Shown one piece after another: positions 8,434-17,811 of a stretch of 44,551 bases of DNA. Each line of letters opens with the position of its first letter. The stretch's first letter is position 1. This DNA comes from a virus (lineage: Duplodnaviria > Caudoviricetes): positions 1 through 44,551 of the IMG/VR virus record IMGVR_UViG_3300005764_000030; one strand, given 5' to 3'. Under the pieces are notes generated by a model that worked only from the letters and a program-made list of their open reading frames with translations, had not been told where the DNA came from and did not search any database. The position numbers and the translations under genes are program-made.

Positions 8434-9645
8434 TGATCCTCGCCTTCCCCGTTGCGGCGGCTCGGATCGAGAACGTCGAGTAGCAGGTGAATCTTTTCGT
8501 TTACCTGTGCAAAGTGCGGCGGTTCTTCGCCGCCGATATAGGGCTCGACCAGAGCTTTGATGATCTCGACGCATTGGCTGCGCGTGATCGCGTCCTTCTC
8601 GGCAAGCACGCCCGAAATATAGTGAATGTGCTCGGCGCTGTTCATTCTCAATCCTCCAACATCGCGTTGCGGCGCTCGATAATCTTTTCGACCATCGGCG
8701 GCGTGACCAGCGGGCAAAAGCCGCCTTTCTCGATCCACGTCGCGAGAGCAAACAAGCGCTCTTGCGCCGTTTCAACGTCGCCGTCGCGAACCGCTTCGAG
8801 CAATTCGTGCAAACATGCTTGCGGGTCCATTCAATCCTCCAACGTGATCTTGTCGGCTTGCTCGATGTCGTCGGCAAGCTTGCGGGCTTCATTGGCCTGC
8901 CGCACGAAGCAATCGACAAGGCGGCGACGGCAAAGCGGGTTCATAACGCCGTCCGGCGGCGGAAGGGCATGAACGCGTGCGTCAGCGTCATATTGCTCGG
9001 CGGCAATGCGCAGCGCGTCAGCGAGCGTGGAACGGCGGGCGATCATGACGGGTCAATCCCTTTCGGCGGTTCGATTGCGTTGGCTTCGTAAAGCGATTTG
9101 AGTACGGCATCGCGTGCCTTCTCTGCCGCCTCGCGCTTGTCGCTGAATGTCAGCGGGTCGAGTTGCGCGATAGCATCCAACGCGCCCTCGAATCTGTCAG
9201 CGATGTCGTCGCGGAGTTCACGCCAGCGTCGGACTCCCATTGGTCGGTTGCCGCTTCGGCTCATTTCACAGTCCGCCTTTAGTTGCGCGCCGTTCCTCGC
9301 CGCGATAACCGGCAACGTAGGAATCCCGCTCGTCTTGATCCTTGAGAAAGACAGGCACGACCATCGGCCTGTCCTCGCGATAGTCGCGTCGCCCCCATTG
9401 GTGGGCGTGGATCATCCGTTGCTCTTTGAGCGTGTTCATGCCCAAGGCTCGAATTCGAGCGCGCGGAGAATGTCGAGAACCTGATTGAAAGCTTCACGCT
9501 CGCCGTCGCACCGCGCATTGACGACGCGCGTGCCCTGGTCGCTCGGCACCAATTCGCGGCGTTCGTCGATGATCGCGATCAGCGCGTCGCGCAATTCCGG
9601 CAAAGTCTTACCGTGAAACTTGTAGCTAACCTTCAACATGCTCAT
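8430..9645 (-). CDS. run of six small hypothetical ORFs (8430-8645, 8648-8830, 8831-9046, 9043-9264, 9266-9439, 9436-9645)
   Basis: Head-to-tail ORFs with 4-nt overlaps or 0-2 nt gaps. Confidence 0.6.
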
Positions 9646-10793
9646 TTTCGCGTCTCCACTTCATGCGTTACGTTGTAATCGTGCGTGACGAAGCCCAAGC
9701 TCGCGTCGCCGCGTTGGTGTTCGTGGACAAGAATACGGTGCCCGTGGCAAATCTCGCACTTCTGGTCCGCGTTCCATTGGTGCATGCCGCTGGTCATTAG
9801 CGCCGGGCAACGGTGCGACGGCGGATTGCGCCAGTCGTCGCGCCAGTGCGAGCGCACTTGATGCGCGCGCCGCTTGACCAGGGCGATGAGATTCTTCGCG
9901 AGCTTCGTTTGCTCTTTCGCGGGCACGTTGATGGTGATCGTCTTGTGATCCAAGAACCGGCGATAGCGCCCGCGTGCGACGAAGCCCTTCGACTGGCGCA
10001 CGTCGGAATAGACCAGCGGCAAATCGTTGATGGTCGCCAGAAGCGCCCACACGCGGCGAACAACGCCGACCCACTCGCGCAAGAGCGTGTGAATGGTTGA
10101 CGGCTTGTAGTCGTGAGCCGACTTGAAATCGCAATCCGCAATCGACGCGCACGGAGTCGTGTAATTCAAGAGCCCGGTCATCACCGTCGCGTCTTGCTCG
10201 CCGTCGCCTTCAAACAGCGAGGGCCACGGCGTTTGCTGGCTGTCAATTGTCCACGTGAACGTCACGGGAAAAACCCACACCTGAAAGCCGTGGCTGTCGG
10301 CTTCCGCCGGATCGGGATTCCACGTGAACAGGTGCATGCGGAAAGCGCTGGAAAGCTCCGGGTGTCGCTCGATCAACCAGCCCTCGCGCTCGGGGCATTG
10401 GGACGGATCGAACGGCTGGCGCAGCAACGCCTTCGAGCGAGTCTGCGCGGCGCGAAGATCATACTCGATCCACGTGATCGCGTGCGGCGTCATCGCGGAC
10501 ACGCGCATGGCTTCAATCTGCCGCCGCATCCGCTCTGCGGCGGCGCGGTCGGTGTGCGTGGTGAGCGTCGCGCCCATCGTGCCGCCCCAAGGCTCGGTCG
10601 TATGCTCGGCGGGCGGGGCGAAGGCGCGCGACGCAAGCTCGCCAAGGAAATCGGACATGCGCGCGTCGAGAATGAAGCGGCGGGCGTTGACAAACTTTTC
10701 GCGCAGCGCGGCATTGTTGGCGCGCGTGAAAAGCGGCTCATTGCGAAACGTGAGCCGGTACAGCGTGTCGATCAGCGTAGGGGCGCGCTTCAT
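9642..10793 (-). CDS. 383-aa phage protein with C-terminal HxVRxHWR / HEHQRG histidine motifs
   Basis: Long ORF starting at a GAGTCTACAATG motif; RAHQVRSHWR...CEICHGH..VHEHQRGD. Confidence 0.8.
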   Translation of the reverse strand: MKRAPTLIDTLYRLTFRNEPLFTRANNAALREKFVNARRFILDARMSDFLGELASRAFAPPAEHTTEPWGGTMGATLTTHTDRAAAERMRRQIEAMRVSAMTPHAITWIEYDLRAAQTRSKALLRQPFDPSQCPEREGWLIERHPELSSAFRMHLFTWNPDPAEADSHGFQVWVFPVTFTWTIDSQQTPWPSLFEGDGEQDATVMTGLLNYTTPCASIADCDFKSAHDYKPSTIHTLLREWVGVVRRVWALLATINDLPLVYSDVRQSKGFVARGRYRRFLDHKTITINVPAKEQTKLAKNLIALVKRRAHQVRSHWRDDWRNPPSHRCPALMTSGMHQWNADQKCEICHGHRILVHEHQRGDASLGFVTHDYNVTHEVETRK

Positions 10794-10845
10794 TGTAGAC
10801 TCGGTTATTCCTGTCGGCCGGTGCTAATCGGCCCTCGCAATGTAG

Positions 10846-10864
10846 ATGCGCCACATTGGCACAT
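10846..10864. promoter_or_regulatory. palindromic operator-like site ATG(C/A)GCCA-N3-TGGCACAT upstream of gene 9642..10793
   Basis: atgcgccacattggcacat; near-identical copy atgagccaaattggcacat at 18585-18603. Confidence 0.7.
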
Positions 10865-10955
10865 TCCGCAAGAGCGACGCAAGATTTTTTTGAGAGTTGT
10901 CCACGCGCGTGCGAAGCAAGAGATATGGCCGAGCACGTGGCCGAAGAATCTCGCG

Positions 10956-10984
10956 TTGCTGTTTCGCCGTGCAGACGTTATGTC
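10956..10984 (+). promoter_or_regulatory. putative sigma70 promoter for the antisense sRNA
   Basis: TTGCTG-17 nt-TATGTC. Confidence 0.5.
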
Positions 10985-10990
10985 TAGGTC

Positions 10991-11115
10991 AATCGCCGCC
11001 GAAGCTACAAAGCGCCTTCCTGGCCCATTGTAGACTCGCTTCGACGCGCGAGGGCCGCTGTAGCTGCACCGGCCACAGGCCCCCGTTGAGCTTCGCTCGC
11101 GGGGGCTTTGTTTTT
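10991..11115 (+). ncRNA. candidate trans-acting antisense sRNA complementary to the GAGUCUACAAUG start motif
   Basis: Lies between a promoter-like site and a terminator; stems agctaca/tgtagct, ggccc/gggcc and tcgc/gcga leave AUUGUAGAC unpaired. Confidence 0.6.
11079..11115 (+). terminator. intrinsic terminator
   Basis: gcccccg..gagc-ttc-gctc..cgggggc followed by tttgttttt. Confidence 0.8.
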
Positions 11116-11138
11116 CTAACGCGACTCGCGCACGCAAT

Positions 11139-11184
11139 AAAAAAAGCCCCGGTCACCATGAAGGTGCCGGGGCTTTTCAGTTTT
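11139..11184. terminator. bidirectional intrinsic terminator ending the motif-bearing operon
   Basis: A7-gccccgg..cacc-atgaa-ggtg-ccggggc-T4, immediately past the stop of 11183..11458. Confidence 0.85.
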
Positions 11185-11458
11185 ATACGCTGGCGGCTTT
11201 CGCCCTTTCCGCTTCCCCCTCCCAATACTCTTTGTCGGTCGGAGGGCGCGGCTGCGCATGCGCGGGCACGCGCCAATCATATCCGGGCTCGGTGCGTTGC
11301 TCTTTTGACCGCAACGCAGCGGCGAGAAGAAACGCGAGTACCGGAGAGATCAACAGCGCGAGCACGAACCAGCCGAAGCCGGATCGGTTGCGCCGCTGGC
11401 TGGCAAACACGCCGACGACTGCGGCGAGAAACAGCCAAGTCACGAAGATCAGAAACAT
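11183..11458 (-). CDS. two-TM membrane protein (superinfection-immunity-like topology)
   Basis: MFLIFVTWLFLAAVVGVFASQRRNRSGFGWFVLALLISPVLAFLL; starts at the motif. Confidence 0.75.
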   Translation of the reverse strand: MFLIFVTWLFLAAVVGVFASQRRNRSGFGWFVLALLISPVLAFLLAAALRSKEQRTEPGYDWRVPAHAQPRPPTDKEYWEGEAERAKAASV

Positions 11459-11548
11459 TGTAGACTCCTCTCGTTTGCGCCGCGTGCTAGGCGGCGGTGT
11501 TCGGATGAACACTAACAACGCGCGCCTTGCGACGCGCGTTGATGGCGT

Positions 11549-11740
11549 TCATTGCGACTCCTTCGGTTGGAGTAGCGTCCAGGGATGCCCGCACGTTGGG
11601 CACCGCTCGGGCAGCACTTGCCATTGCTTCGAAAGCTTTGGCCTGCGCTTGCCTTGTTTCCAGGGCGGCGTGTAGTCGACCAACTTAGCGTTAGCTTCCC
11701 ATTGGTGACCCAAGCCGCATTTGGCGACGTGGCTACTCAT
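11549..11740 (-). CDS. small zinc-ribbon-like protein
   Basis: CGLGHQW...CPTCGH; its stop codon begins an intergenic element. Confidence 0.65.
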   Translation of the reverse strand: MSSHVAKCGLGHQWEANAKLVDYTPPWKQGKRRPKLSKQWQVLPERCPTCGHPWTLLQPKESQ

Positions 11741-11742
11741 TT

Positions 11743-12129
11743 TCAGTCGAAAAAGATTAAGCCGCGACGCTCGCCTTCGACTTCGGCAAGCGTTGCGTAC
11801 ACTTCGCGGCCCGCGTGCTTCTCTTTCTCGTACACGCCGCGCACTTGCGCGTCGGTGCAATTGCGGAGATAGCCGCAGAACTCGCGAATATTGCTGGCGC
11901 TCGGCCCGGTGTCGGCTTTGGGCGCTTCGGATATTTTGAGCGGCCGAAGCTTCTCAACCGGATCGAATGACGCCTTGCCGTCGTGCGTCACATAATCCGC
12001 GACCATACAGGTGCGGCCCGTGTTGCGCGACGTGTGGTAGCGGAAGCCGACGATTTCGGCGGTGCCGCTAAACGGCGTGGGCGCGGTGATTGTGTCACCA
12101 ACGCTCAAGCCTAAGACTGTCATTTTCAT
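11743..12129 (-). CDS. hypothetical protein
   Basis: ORF starting at the motif ATG 12129. Confidence 0.75.
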   Translation of the reverse strand: MKMTVLGLSVGDTITAPTPFSGTAEIVGFRYHTSRNTGRTCMVADYVTHDGKASFDPVEKLRPLKISEAPKADTGPSASNIREFCGYLRNCTDAQVRGVYEKEKHAGREVYATLAEVEGERRGLIFFD

Positions 12130-12169
12130 TGTAGACTCCATGGTTCGAAGCCCGTTGCTAGGCGGGCGG

Positions 12170-12425
12170 GAAAGTGGATGGTGCGCGTCTTCGGCCTCTT
12201 GCCCTCCGCTTTCGCTTCAACGGGCGACCGCTGCCTCGGCGCTTTCGCCGCCATCCGACGACGTTCGACCAGCCACGTGGGACTCACGGTCAAAAGTATG
12301 TCCCGATATTGTTGGCGTCGGGACCGCGCTTCCGGTGCATAACGTCCGGTTGATGCCACTTCGACGAAGGTGGGTCTGCCCCGCTGCGCTTCGTCAGGGT
12401 TGCTCTCGCAAGCCTCTCAGGCGTT
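12170..12425 (-). ncRNA. candidate structured non-coding spacer RNA B
   Basis: No convincing ORF; hairpins gacgaag/cttcgtc and gtcccga/tcgggac plus GAAA-containing loops. Confidence 0.45.
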
Positions 12426-12477
12426 GTGTTCGGATGAACACGGGAAGGGGCACCGTTGCCGGTGCCCGATCCGATAT

Positions 12478-12825
12478 TCACGCAACTTTCAGGCCGATCC
12501 ATTCGCCAGCTTCGTAACTGGCAAGGATTGCGCCGTCTTGTTCGAAATGCGCAGAAACGACTTGCGGGACATGACATACAATATCCGCTGGTCGCCCTGA
12601 CGCGACGCGCCGCCAACGCGACTCGTAAGCGGCATGTGACAGCCGCATGCCGCGATCTACGTCGAGATTTTCCAGCGACGTGTATGTTGACATGCGAGTG
12701 ACTTCGCCATCGGCAAATTCGGCCACGAAGGTAGGCCCGACGCGATCCTTGACGCGTTTAGGCTTTGGTTTCGTGACGCGATAGCCCGCCGCCTTCACGA
12801 CGGCGAGCGCTTCAATGAGTGACAT
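12478..12825 (-). CDS. hypothetical protein
   Basis: ORF MSLIEALAVVKAAGY starting at the motif. Confidence 0.75.
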   Translation of the reverse strand: MSLIEALAVVKAAGYRVTKPKPKRVKDRVGPTFVAEFADGEVTRMSTYTSLENLDVDRGMRLSHAAYESRWRRVASGRPADIVCHVPQVVSAHFEQDGAILASYEAGEWIGLKVA

Positions 12826-12869
12826 TGTAGACTCCGTTGTTAGAGAAACGCCGTTTGCTAGACGGCGGG

Positions 12870-13219
12870 TTGAAAGGTTTGTGCTGTAGCACCGCAACAG
12901 TGGTCGTTCGTCCGCACAAGGACTGCCACACTACGTTCTCGCTTATTCCCCGCGTCGGGCCTTGCCCGATACTCGCTTTTTCGCGCGCCTCTTGGGCCAG
13001 AATCTTACGCCGTGCTACGTGTGAAGTTGCCTCTCGCTTTTCGCTTGTGACCGCTTCGGTCGATCCGGGTGTTTTAGCTCCCGGCCGCTTGCGGCTTCGA
13101 GGTCGGCCCCGGAGGGTGAGAGCTTCTTTGTACTAAGCTCATCCAATCGAGTTGGCGCTTTCGCGGCCAGGACCGTTTATTGATTCGTCTTTTTGCTTAC
13201 GTTGGCACTTGCGTGCCAA
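12870..13219 (-). ncRNA. candidate structured non-coding RNA A occupying a gene slot
   Basis: Follows a full element with variant GGAGTCTCTATTG; only 26- and 22-codon ORFs; many short hairpins (ttggcac-gcaa-gtgccaa, gaccg-aag-cggtc, tcggg-caagg-cccga). Confidence 0.5.
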
Positions 13220-13312
13220 TAGAGACTCCATCGTTAGAGTTGCGCCGTTGCTAGACGGCGAGCGTTCGGATGAACACTATGACGCGGCGGGTTTCCCCGC
13301 CGCGCTTAGTAT

Positions 13313-14947
13313 TCACTCTGGCCGGACTTCGATGCCCGGAGCATTCCAAGGCGTGTTTTCGAGATACCGCTTGACGTTCTGCGGATACCCGACGACGGCC
13401 CACAGGACCGGGCAATGAGGCGCGGGACCAAGCTCGGCTTCCGGCTCGATTTCCAAGTCTGTGAACGCAACGATCAGCGAAGCGCTGTCGACTTCGTTGG
13501 CAACGTAGTCAAACATCGGCTTCATCACCGTGCCGCCACCACCACGCGGATCGAATTCGATTTCGTCTCCGTTGCGGTAAGTGTCAACGCGTGTGACTCG
13601 CGTGTCGCCGTAGATCACGACAGCTTCGTCGATGATTTGCTCATCGAGCGCCGCTTGCGTTTCCACCTTGATCGCTTCGAGCGCGCCCGGATAGTAAGTA
13701 ACCGAGCCCGACGTATCGATCATGAAAACGGCGCGGTTAACGCCGTCGCGCACGCGACCGGGCAAGTAGAGCCCGCCGCCGATAAAGCGCCGGTTTGGCT
13801 TGTTCCACGTTTCCGTGGTCGTCGCCCCGCCGTCGAAGAAAGCCCGCAACGTCTCGCGCCAATCTTGCGGCGGATGATCCGCATGCTCGATTTCGCGCGC
13901 CACGTGGCCGGGAGCTTCGCCGCGCTTCGCCGCCAACGCGGCAGCTTGGCGCAACACGCGCTCCCATTTGCAATCTTCTTCGGCAACTTCCGCCGCAGTG
14001 TCGGCCGAGTCGAGGACTTCGCCGCAACCGCCGGGATCGCCGCACGATTGAGGCTCATCGCTCTCGCCTTCGCCTTCGGCTTCGGTTTCGCCGTTGCCGT
14101 TGGCTTCGCCTTCCGCGTCGCCCGAGCCTTCGCCCGTGCCTTCGCCTTCCGCGTCGCCTTCGGCTTCGCCAGAGCCCGAGCCCGAGCCTTCGTCGTCGCC
14201 CTGGTCGTCAGCTTCGGCTTCGGCGTCACCGCCGTTGCCTTCGCCTTCGCCCTGGTCGTCGCCTTGCTCGGCTTCGCCTTCGTCGCCGCCGCCTTTGGTT
14301 TCGTCGGCTTCGTCGGCTTCTTCGGTAGCGTCGCCGCTATCGCTTTCGCCTTCGTTGCCTTCGTCGCCTTCGTCGTCGCCGCCTTCCTCTGATTCCTCCG
14401 CGTCGATCTCGGTTTCGTCACCGTGATCCTCGCCTTCGGAATTGTCGGAAGGTTCGCCCTCGCCCTCATCGGGATCGGACTCGTTGTCGGCTTGCTCTTG
14501 CTCTTGCTGTTTTTGCTTTTCCAGAGCTTCGTCAATCTCGCGCGACCGATAAATATCTTCGGCGGACATGCCGCGATATTTCGGATCGATCAGCGCGCCC
14601 TTCGGCAGTTTGAAGCCTTGGGCCACAAGATCGATATTGATCGCGTAGTCGCAAGCTTCGTTCCACTTCTTCGGATCGCGACCGCCGCGCCGCGTACCGT
14701 GGCGACGCGCGTCGTGTTCTGATTCGTGGGCTTGCGTTCCAAGGACTTCCTCTTGCGGAAGGCTGTGGACGAAATCTGGATTCCAGAAGTGAACTTTACC
14801 GTTCGTCGCGGCGGTCGGAATCTTGTCCGACATCTGCGGCGAAACCTGACCGACCAGCACGCCGTAAAACGTGCGGGTCAAGATCAACTCGGCGCGCGCT
14901 TTCAACACGCGTTCGAGGGCTGTTTTCGCTCTGTCAATATTAAGCAT
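13313..14947 (-). CDS. HEXXH metallopeptidase-like domain + acidic linker + VWA domain (DUF2201-like)
   Basis: PTAATNG...AHESEH; WNEACDYAIN; MIDAS motif IDTSGS, GGGGT and FTD; ~160-aa D/E/G-rich linker. Confidence 0.88.
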   Translation of the reverse strand: MLNIDRAKTALERVLKARAELILTRTFYGVLVGQVSPQMSDKIPTAATNGKVHFWNPDFVHSLPQEEVLGTQAHESEHDARRHGTRRGGRDPKKWNEACDYAINIDLVAQGFKLPKGALIDPKYRGMSAEDIYRSREIDEALEKQKQQEQEQADNESDPDEGEGEPSDNSEGEDHGDETEIDAEESEEGGDDEGDEGNEGESDSGDATEEADEADETKGGGDEGEAEQGDDQGEGEGNGGDAEAEADDQGDDEGSGSGSGEAEGDAEGEGTGEGSGDAEGEANGNGETEAEGEGESDEPQSCGDPGGCGEVLDSADTAAEVAEEDCKWERVLRQAAALAAKRGEAPGHVAREIEHADHPPQDWRETLRAFFDGGATTTETWNKPNRRFIGGGLYLPGRVRDGVNRAVFMIDTSGSVTYYPGALEAIKVETQAALDEQIIDEAVVIYGDTRVTRVDTYRNGDEIEFDPRGGGGTVMKPMFDYVANEVDSASLIVAFTDLEIEPEAELGPAPHCPVLWAVVGYPQNVKRYLENTPWNAPGIEVRPE

Positions 14948-15044
14948 TGTAGACTCCATGTCTTGAGTCCGCGCGTGCTAGGCGCGGGTGTTGCGAGTGC
15001 AACACTATGACGGGGCGGCGAACCGCCCCGCTTAGTGTCGTCTC

Positions 15045-15935
15045 TTAGCCGAGCAAGGACTCAACGTCCTTTAGAATGTCGTCGGCCGACTTCGCGACGC
15101 TCTCGCGAGCGTTGTTATTCTCGCGAAGCGTCTGAGCATCTTCGGCGCAAAGCTCGCGCTGAATCCGCTTCGTCAACGATTCCAATTTCGGATCGTTGGT
15201 CAAGTTGAACGCGGGCAACAGGTCGGCAAGCTCGCGGACATTCTCGACCAGGGAGTTGGCAAAGAAGTGTCGCTTGCCGTCATCCTTGGCTTTGTATTCC
15301 TTGAGCTTCGTCGCCATGTGCCCCACGGCTTCCGCGATTTGCTTAACCGTGTGCTGCATTGCGCCGTCCAACACGTTGGCCGAAGTCTCGGTCAACTCCC
15401 GCTTGATGTCCTCGATTGTATCGGCGTCGAGTACGTCAGAACGGAAGTCGTCGGCTTCGGGGATCGGGAAGGTTTTCGTCGCAAGCTTGAACTTGCTCCG
15501 AATATCTTCCGCGCGGGGATAATCGGACTCGTTGAAGAGTCCGTTGAGCGCCCGCTTGCGTTCCTCGACGAAGCGCGGATAGTCCGCGCAGAACTCATCG
15601 GCGGCAGCGTCGAATTCCCGCTTGATCTCGCGAAACTGTTTCGCGAATTTTTCGTGCAGGACGTTGGGGAGAATCCTTAGACCTTCGTCGGCCCAAGGTT
15701 TCGTCAACGTGTAATGAAGCTCGCGCGCGGCCGACACAAGCTTGTTGATCTTTTCGAGGCGCTTGGCCTCGATCAGAAGCTTGTTATATCGGCCCGCGTC
15801 CGCAGACGCACCGTGCGACGAATTGATTTCGTCGGTGACCCTCCGGTCAAGCTTGCGAGCCGACCACTGTGAAATTTCCACAGAGACAAGCGTCGCCTTG
15901 CGCGAGAGCGGAGAGGCAATTTTAGTCGTGTGCAT
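15045..15935 (-). CDS. conserved phage protein lying between the AAA and VWA genes (DUF3150-like)
   Basis: Helical 296-aa ORF (WSARKLD, TKPWADEGLRILP, LPAFNLTNDP) in the typical AAA/VWA context. Confidence 0.65.
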   Translation of the reverse strand: MHTTKIASPLSRKATLVSVEISQWSARKLDRRVTDEINSSHGASADAGRYNKLLIEAKRLEKINKLVSAARELHYTLTKPWADEGLRILPNVLHEKFAKQFREIKREFDAAADEFCADYPRFVEERKRALNGLFNESDYPRAEDIRSKFKLATKTFPIPEADDFRSDVLDADTIEDIKRELTETSANVLDGAMQHTVKQIAEAVGHMATKLKEYKAKDDGKRHFFANSLVENVRELADLLPAFNLTNDPKLESLTKRIQRELCAEDAQTLRENNNARESVAKSADDILKDVESLLG

Positions 15936-16045
15936 TGTAGACTCCATGTCTTGAGAGCGCCGTTGCTAGACGGCGAGTAGCGGCTTGTTTGGTGCCGTAC
16001 CGTGACGCGCCGGGCAATGAGCCCGGCGCGCTTCGGTAAGGTCCG

Positions 16046-17107
16046 TTAGGACTGCATGACGACATGCTGATTGGCGACCGCCCACGCAGAATACTCGGCA
16101 GTCTCTTTCAACTTGGCATCGCGCATCGTCGCGTCGTGAATGAGCAACGTCTGCCGCTCGGAGTCGAGCCGATTGGCATACGTCATGATTTGCTTGAAAT
16201 TCTTCCGCGTCGCGAGACGCGCAAGACCAGTGCAAACCGCGAATTGCTCCGACGCTTCGGTCGGGACTTTCGCCGTTGTCGGGTTCGCCACGATATCTTC
16301 GAGCGAACCTAACGATTGATACAGGCGAATGAAGCCGTCGATTTCCGTGGCCGTGTCGTCGCCAACGTGAGAGGCAAACAACTCGGTTCGAAACTCGACC
16401 GGCTCATCAACGAATTCCGACGCCTTCGTAAAGCTACGAAACGTCAAGAATGCGTTTTCGTCACCGACTGGAAGGCCGCGCGTGTCGTCGAACAACGTGC
16501 GCCGAAAACGTGCGAACGCAACGAATTCGGGAGCGACGTTATTCTTGACGGCCCATTTCGCCCACGCGTTAACGTCAGCGACGACGTATATGTGAGCGAA
16601 ACGATTGCGCAACGCTGTCGGCATCCGCTGTGCGGCAGCGCGGTCGGAAACCGCATTGCCAGCGGCGACGATCACCCAACCTTCCGGCAAGGTGTAGTCG
16701 CCAAGCTTGCGTTCAAGGACCAACTGAAAAAGCGCCGCTTGCATTTGCATGCTCGCGGTATTCAATTCGTCCAAGAACAAGATGCCGTATTTGCCGTCGC
16801 GATCCTCGCGCGGAAGCTCATCGGGGACAAGCCAACGCGTGACACCGGTTTTTAAGTCGGCGTGAGGGATGCCGCGACAGTCGACCGGCTCGCGCAAGTT
16901 GGCGCGAAACTCGATCAGGTTCCAGCCGTGACCGTCGATCTCGCGCTGAGCAATATCAAGCTCAACGACAATTTGCCGGGTCACTTCGCTTTTGCCGATG
17001 CCCGGTTTTCCCCAAAGGTGAACGCTGTGACGCTTCGCGATCAATCGCTTGACCAAAAGCGCCGCGCGGTCAATTGGGACTTTGCGGACAATGACAGGAT
17101 TAGGCAT
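16046..17107 (-). CDS. MoxR-like AAA+ ATPase
   Basis: Walker A GKPGIGKS; Walker B ILFLDELN; VAAGN; ALRNRF. Confidence 0.92.
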   Translation of the reverse strand: MPNPVIVRKVPIDRAALLVKRLIAKRHSVHLWGKPGIGKSEVTRQIVVELDIAQREIDGHGWNLIEFRANLREPVDCRGIPHADLKTGVTRWLVPDELPREDRDGKYGILFLDELNTASMQMQAALFQLVLERKLGDYTLPEGWVIVAAGNAVSDRAAAQRMPTALRNRFAHIYVVADVNAWAKWAVKNNVAPEFVAFARFRRTLFDDTRGLPVGDENAFLTFRSFTKASEFVDEPVEFRTELFASHVGDDTATEIDGFIRLYQSLGSLEDIVANPTTAKVPTEASEQFAVCTGLARLATRKNFKQIMTYANRLDSERQTLLIHDATMRDAKLKETAEYSAWAVANQHVVMQS

Positions 17108-17265
17108 TGTAGACTCCATCGTTTGAGAAACCCGCGCGTGCTAGGCGCGGGGCATTCACAAGGAATGCTATCGAGCCCGCCACAGCGGACGGGCTCTGTA
17201 GTATTCCGTTCGTGCCCCTAGTCTCGCGTGACCGGCAAGGGCGAGCCGGGCGCTACGTCGCTTCA

Positions 17266-17718
17266 CTATGCCGGGAGACGGTCGCGGTTGATTTCCCACG
17301 GCGCGTCTTCGTAATGCGGCAAGCTCGCCATTGCCCGCGCTTCGATGGCGCGGATTATCTTGTGCGCGACCGTCGATTCATAATCATCGGTTTCGCACGA
17401 CTGATAATCGAAGCAATGGCAAGCTTTGATGACCCACGCGAGTTTTTGCGCGTTCGGCATGGCGAAGAACGGGTCGAAGGATTTGAAGTAATAATCCTCC
17501 GCGTGCTCGCCAATCTTGCCGGGAAGGTCACCGTCAGGATAGCGGTGAGCAACCGACCGCTCGCACTCTTTCAAGAGCACGCGGCCGATGTCAGTCAGGT
17601 CGGCCGCCGCGCCAAGGTTGGCGTAATGGCCGAGCCGTTCTTGCAAGTCCTGATTTTCGTAACGCACGAACGTCAACAGAGCGTCGATGTGATCGTGCGA
17701 TACAACGAAGGCAGACAT
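17266..17718 (-). CDS. conserved phage hypothetical protein (CFDYQSCE motif)
   Basis: 150-aa ORF starting at the motif. Confidence 0.8.
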   Translation of the reverse strand: MSAFVVSHDHIDALLTFVRYENQDLQERLGHYANLGAAADLTDIGRVLLKECERSVAHRYPDGDLPGKIGEHAEDYYFKSFDPFFAMPNAQKLAWVIKACHCFDYQSCETDDYESTVAHKIIRAIEARAMASLPHYEDAPWEINRDRLPA

Positions 17719-17811
17719 TGTAGACTCCTTTGTGAGAGAACCGCGTTGCTAGACGCGGCGTGTTCGAATGAACACTATGACGCGCCGCTTTGTCTGCGGC
17801 GCGCTTAGTAT

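Noticed and set aside
12360-12400. CUGACGA on the minus strand as a hammerhead ribozyme core
   Set aside because: GACGAAG pairs with a downstream CUUCGUC, and no correctly placed GAAA or stems I-III were found by eye
13415-14535. Long alternative-frame ORFs (325, 271, 177 aa) over the VWA gene
   Set aside because: Shadows of the low-complexity acidic linker in GC-rich DNA
11743-17119. Shared N-terminal peptide MESTM on four ORFs in the track, suggesting a common leader peptide
   Set aside because: It is the translation of the RBS motif (ATG GAG TCT ACA ATG). Other copies lack the first ATG, and GGAG is correctly spaced only for the second ATG
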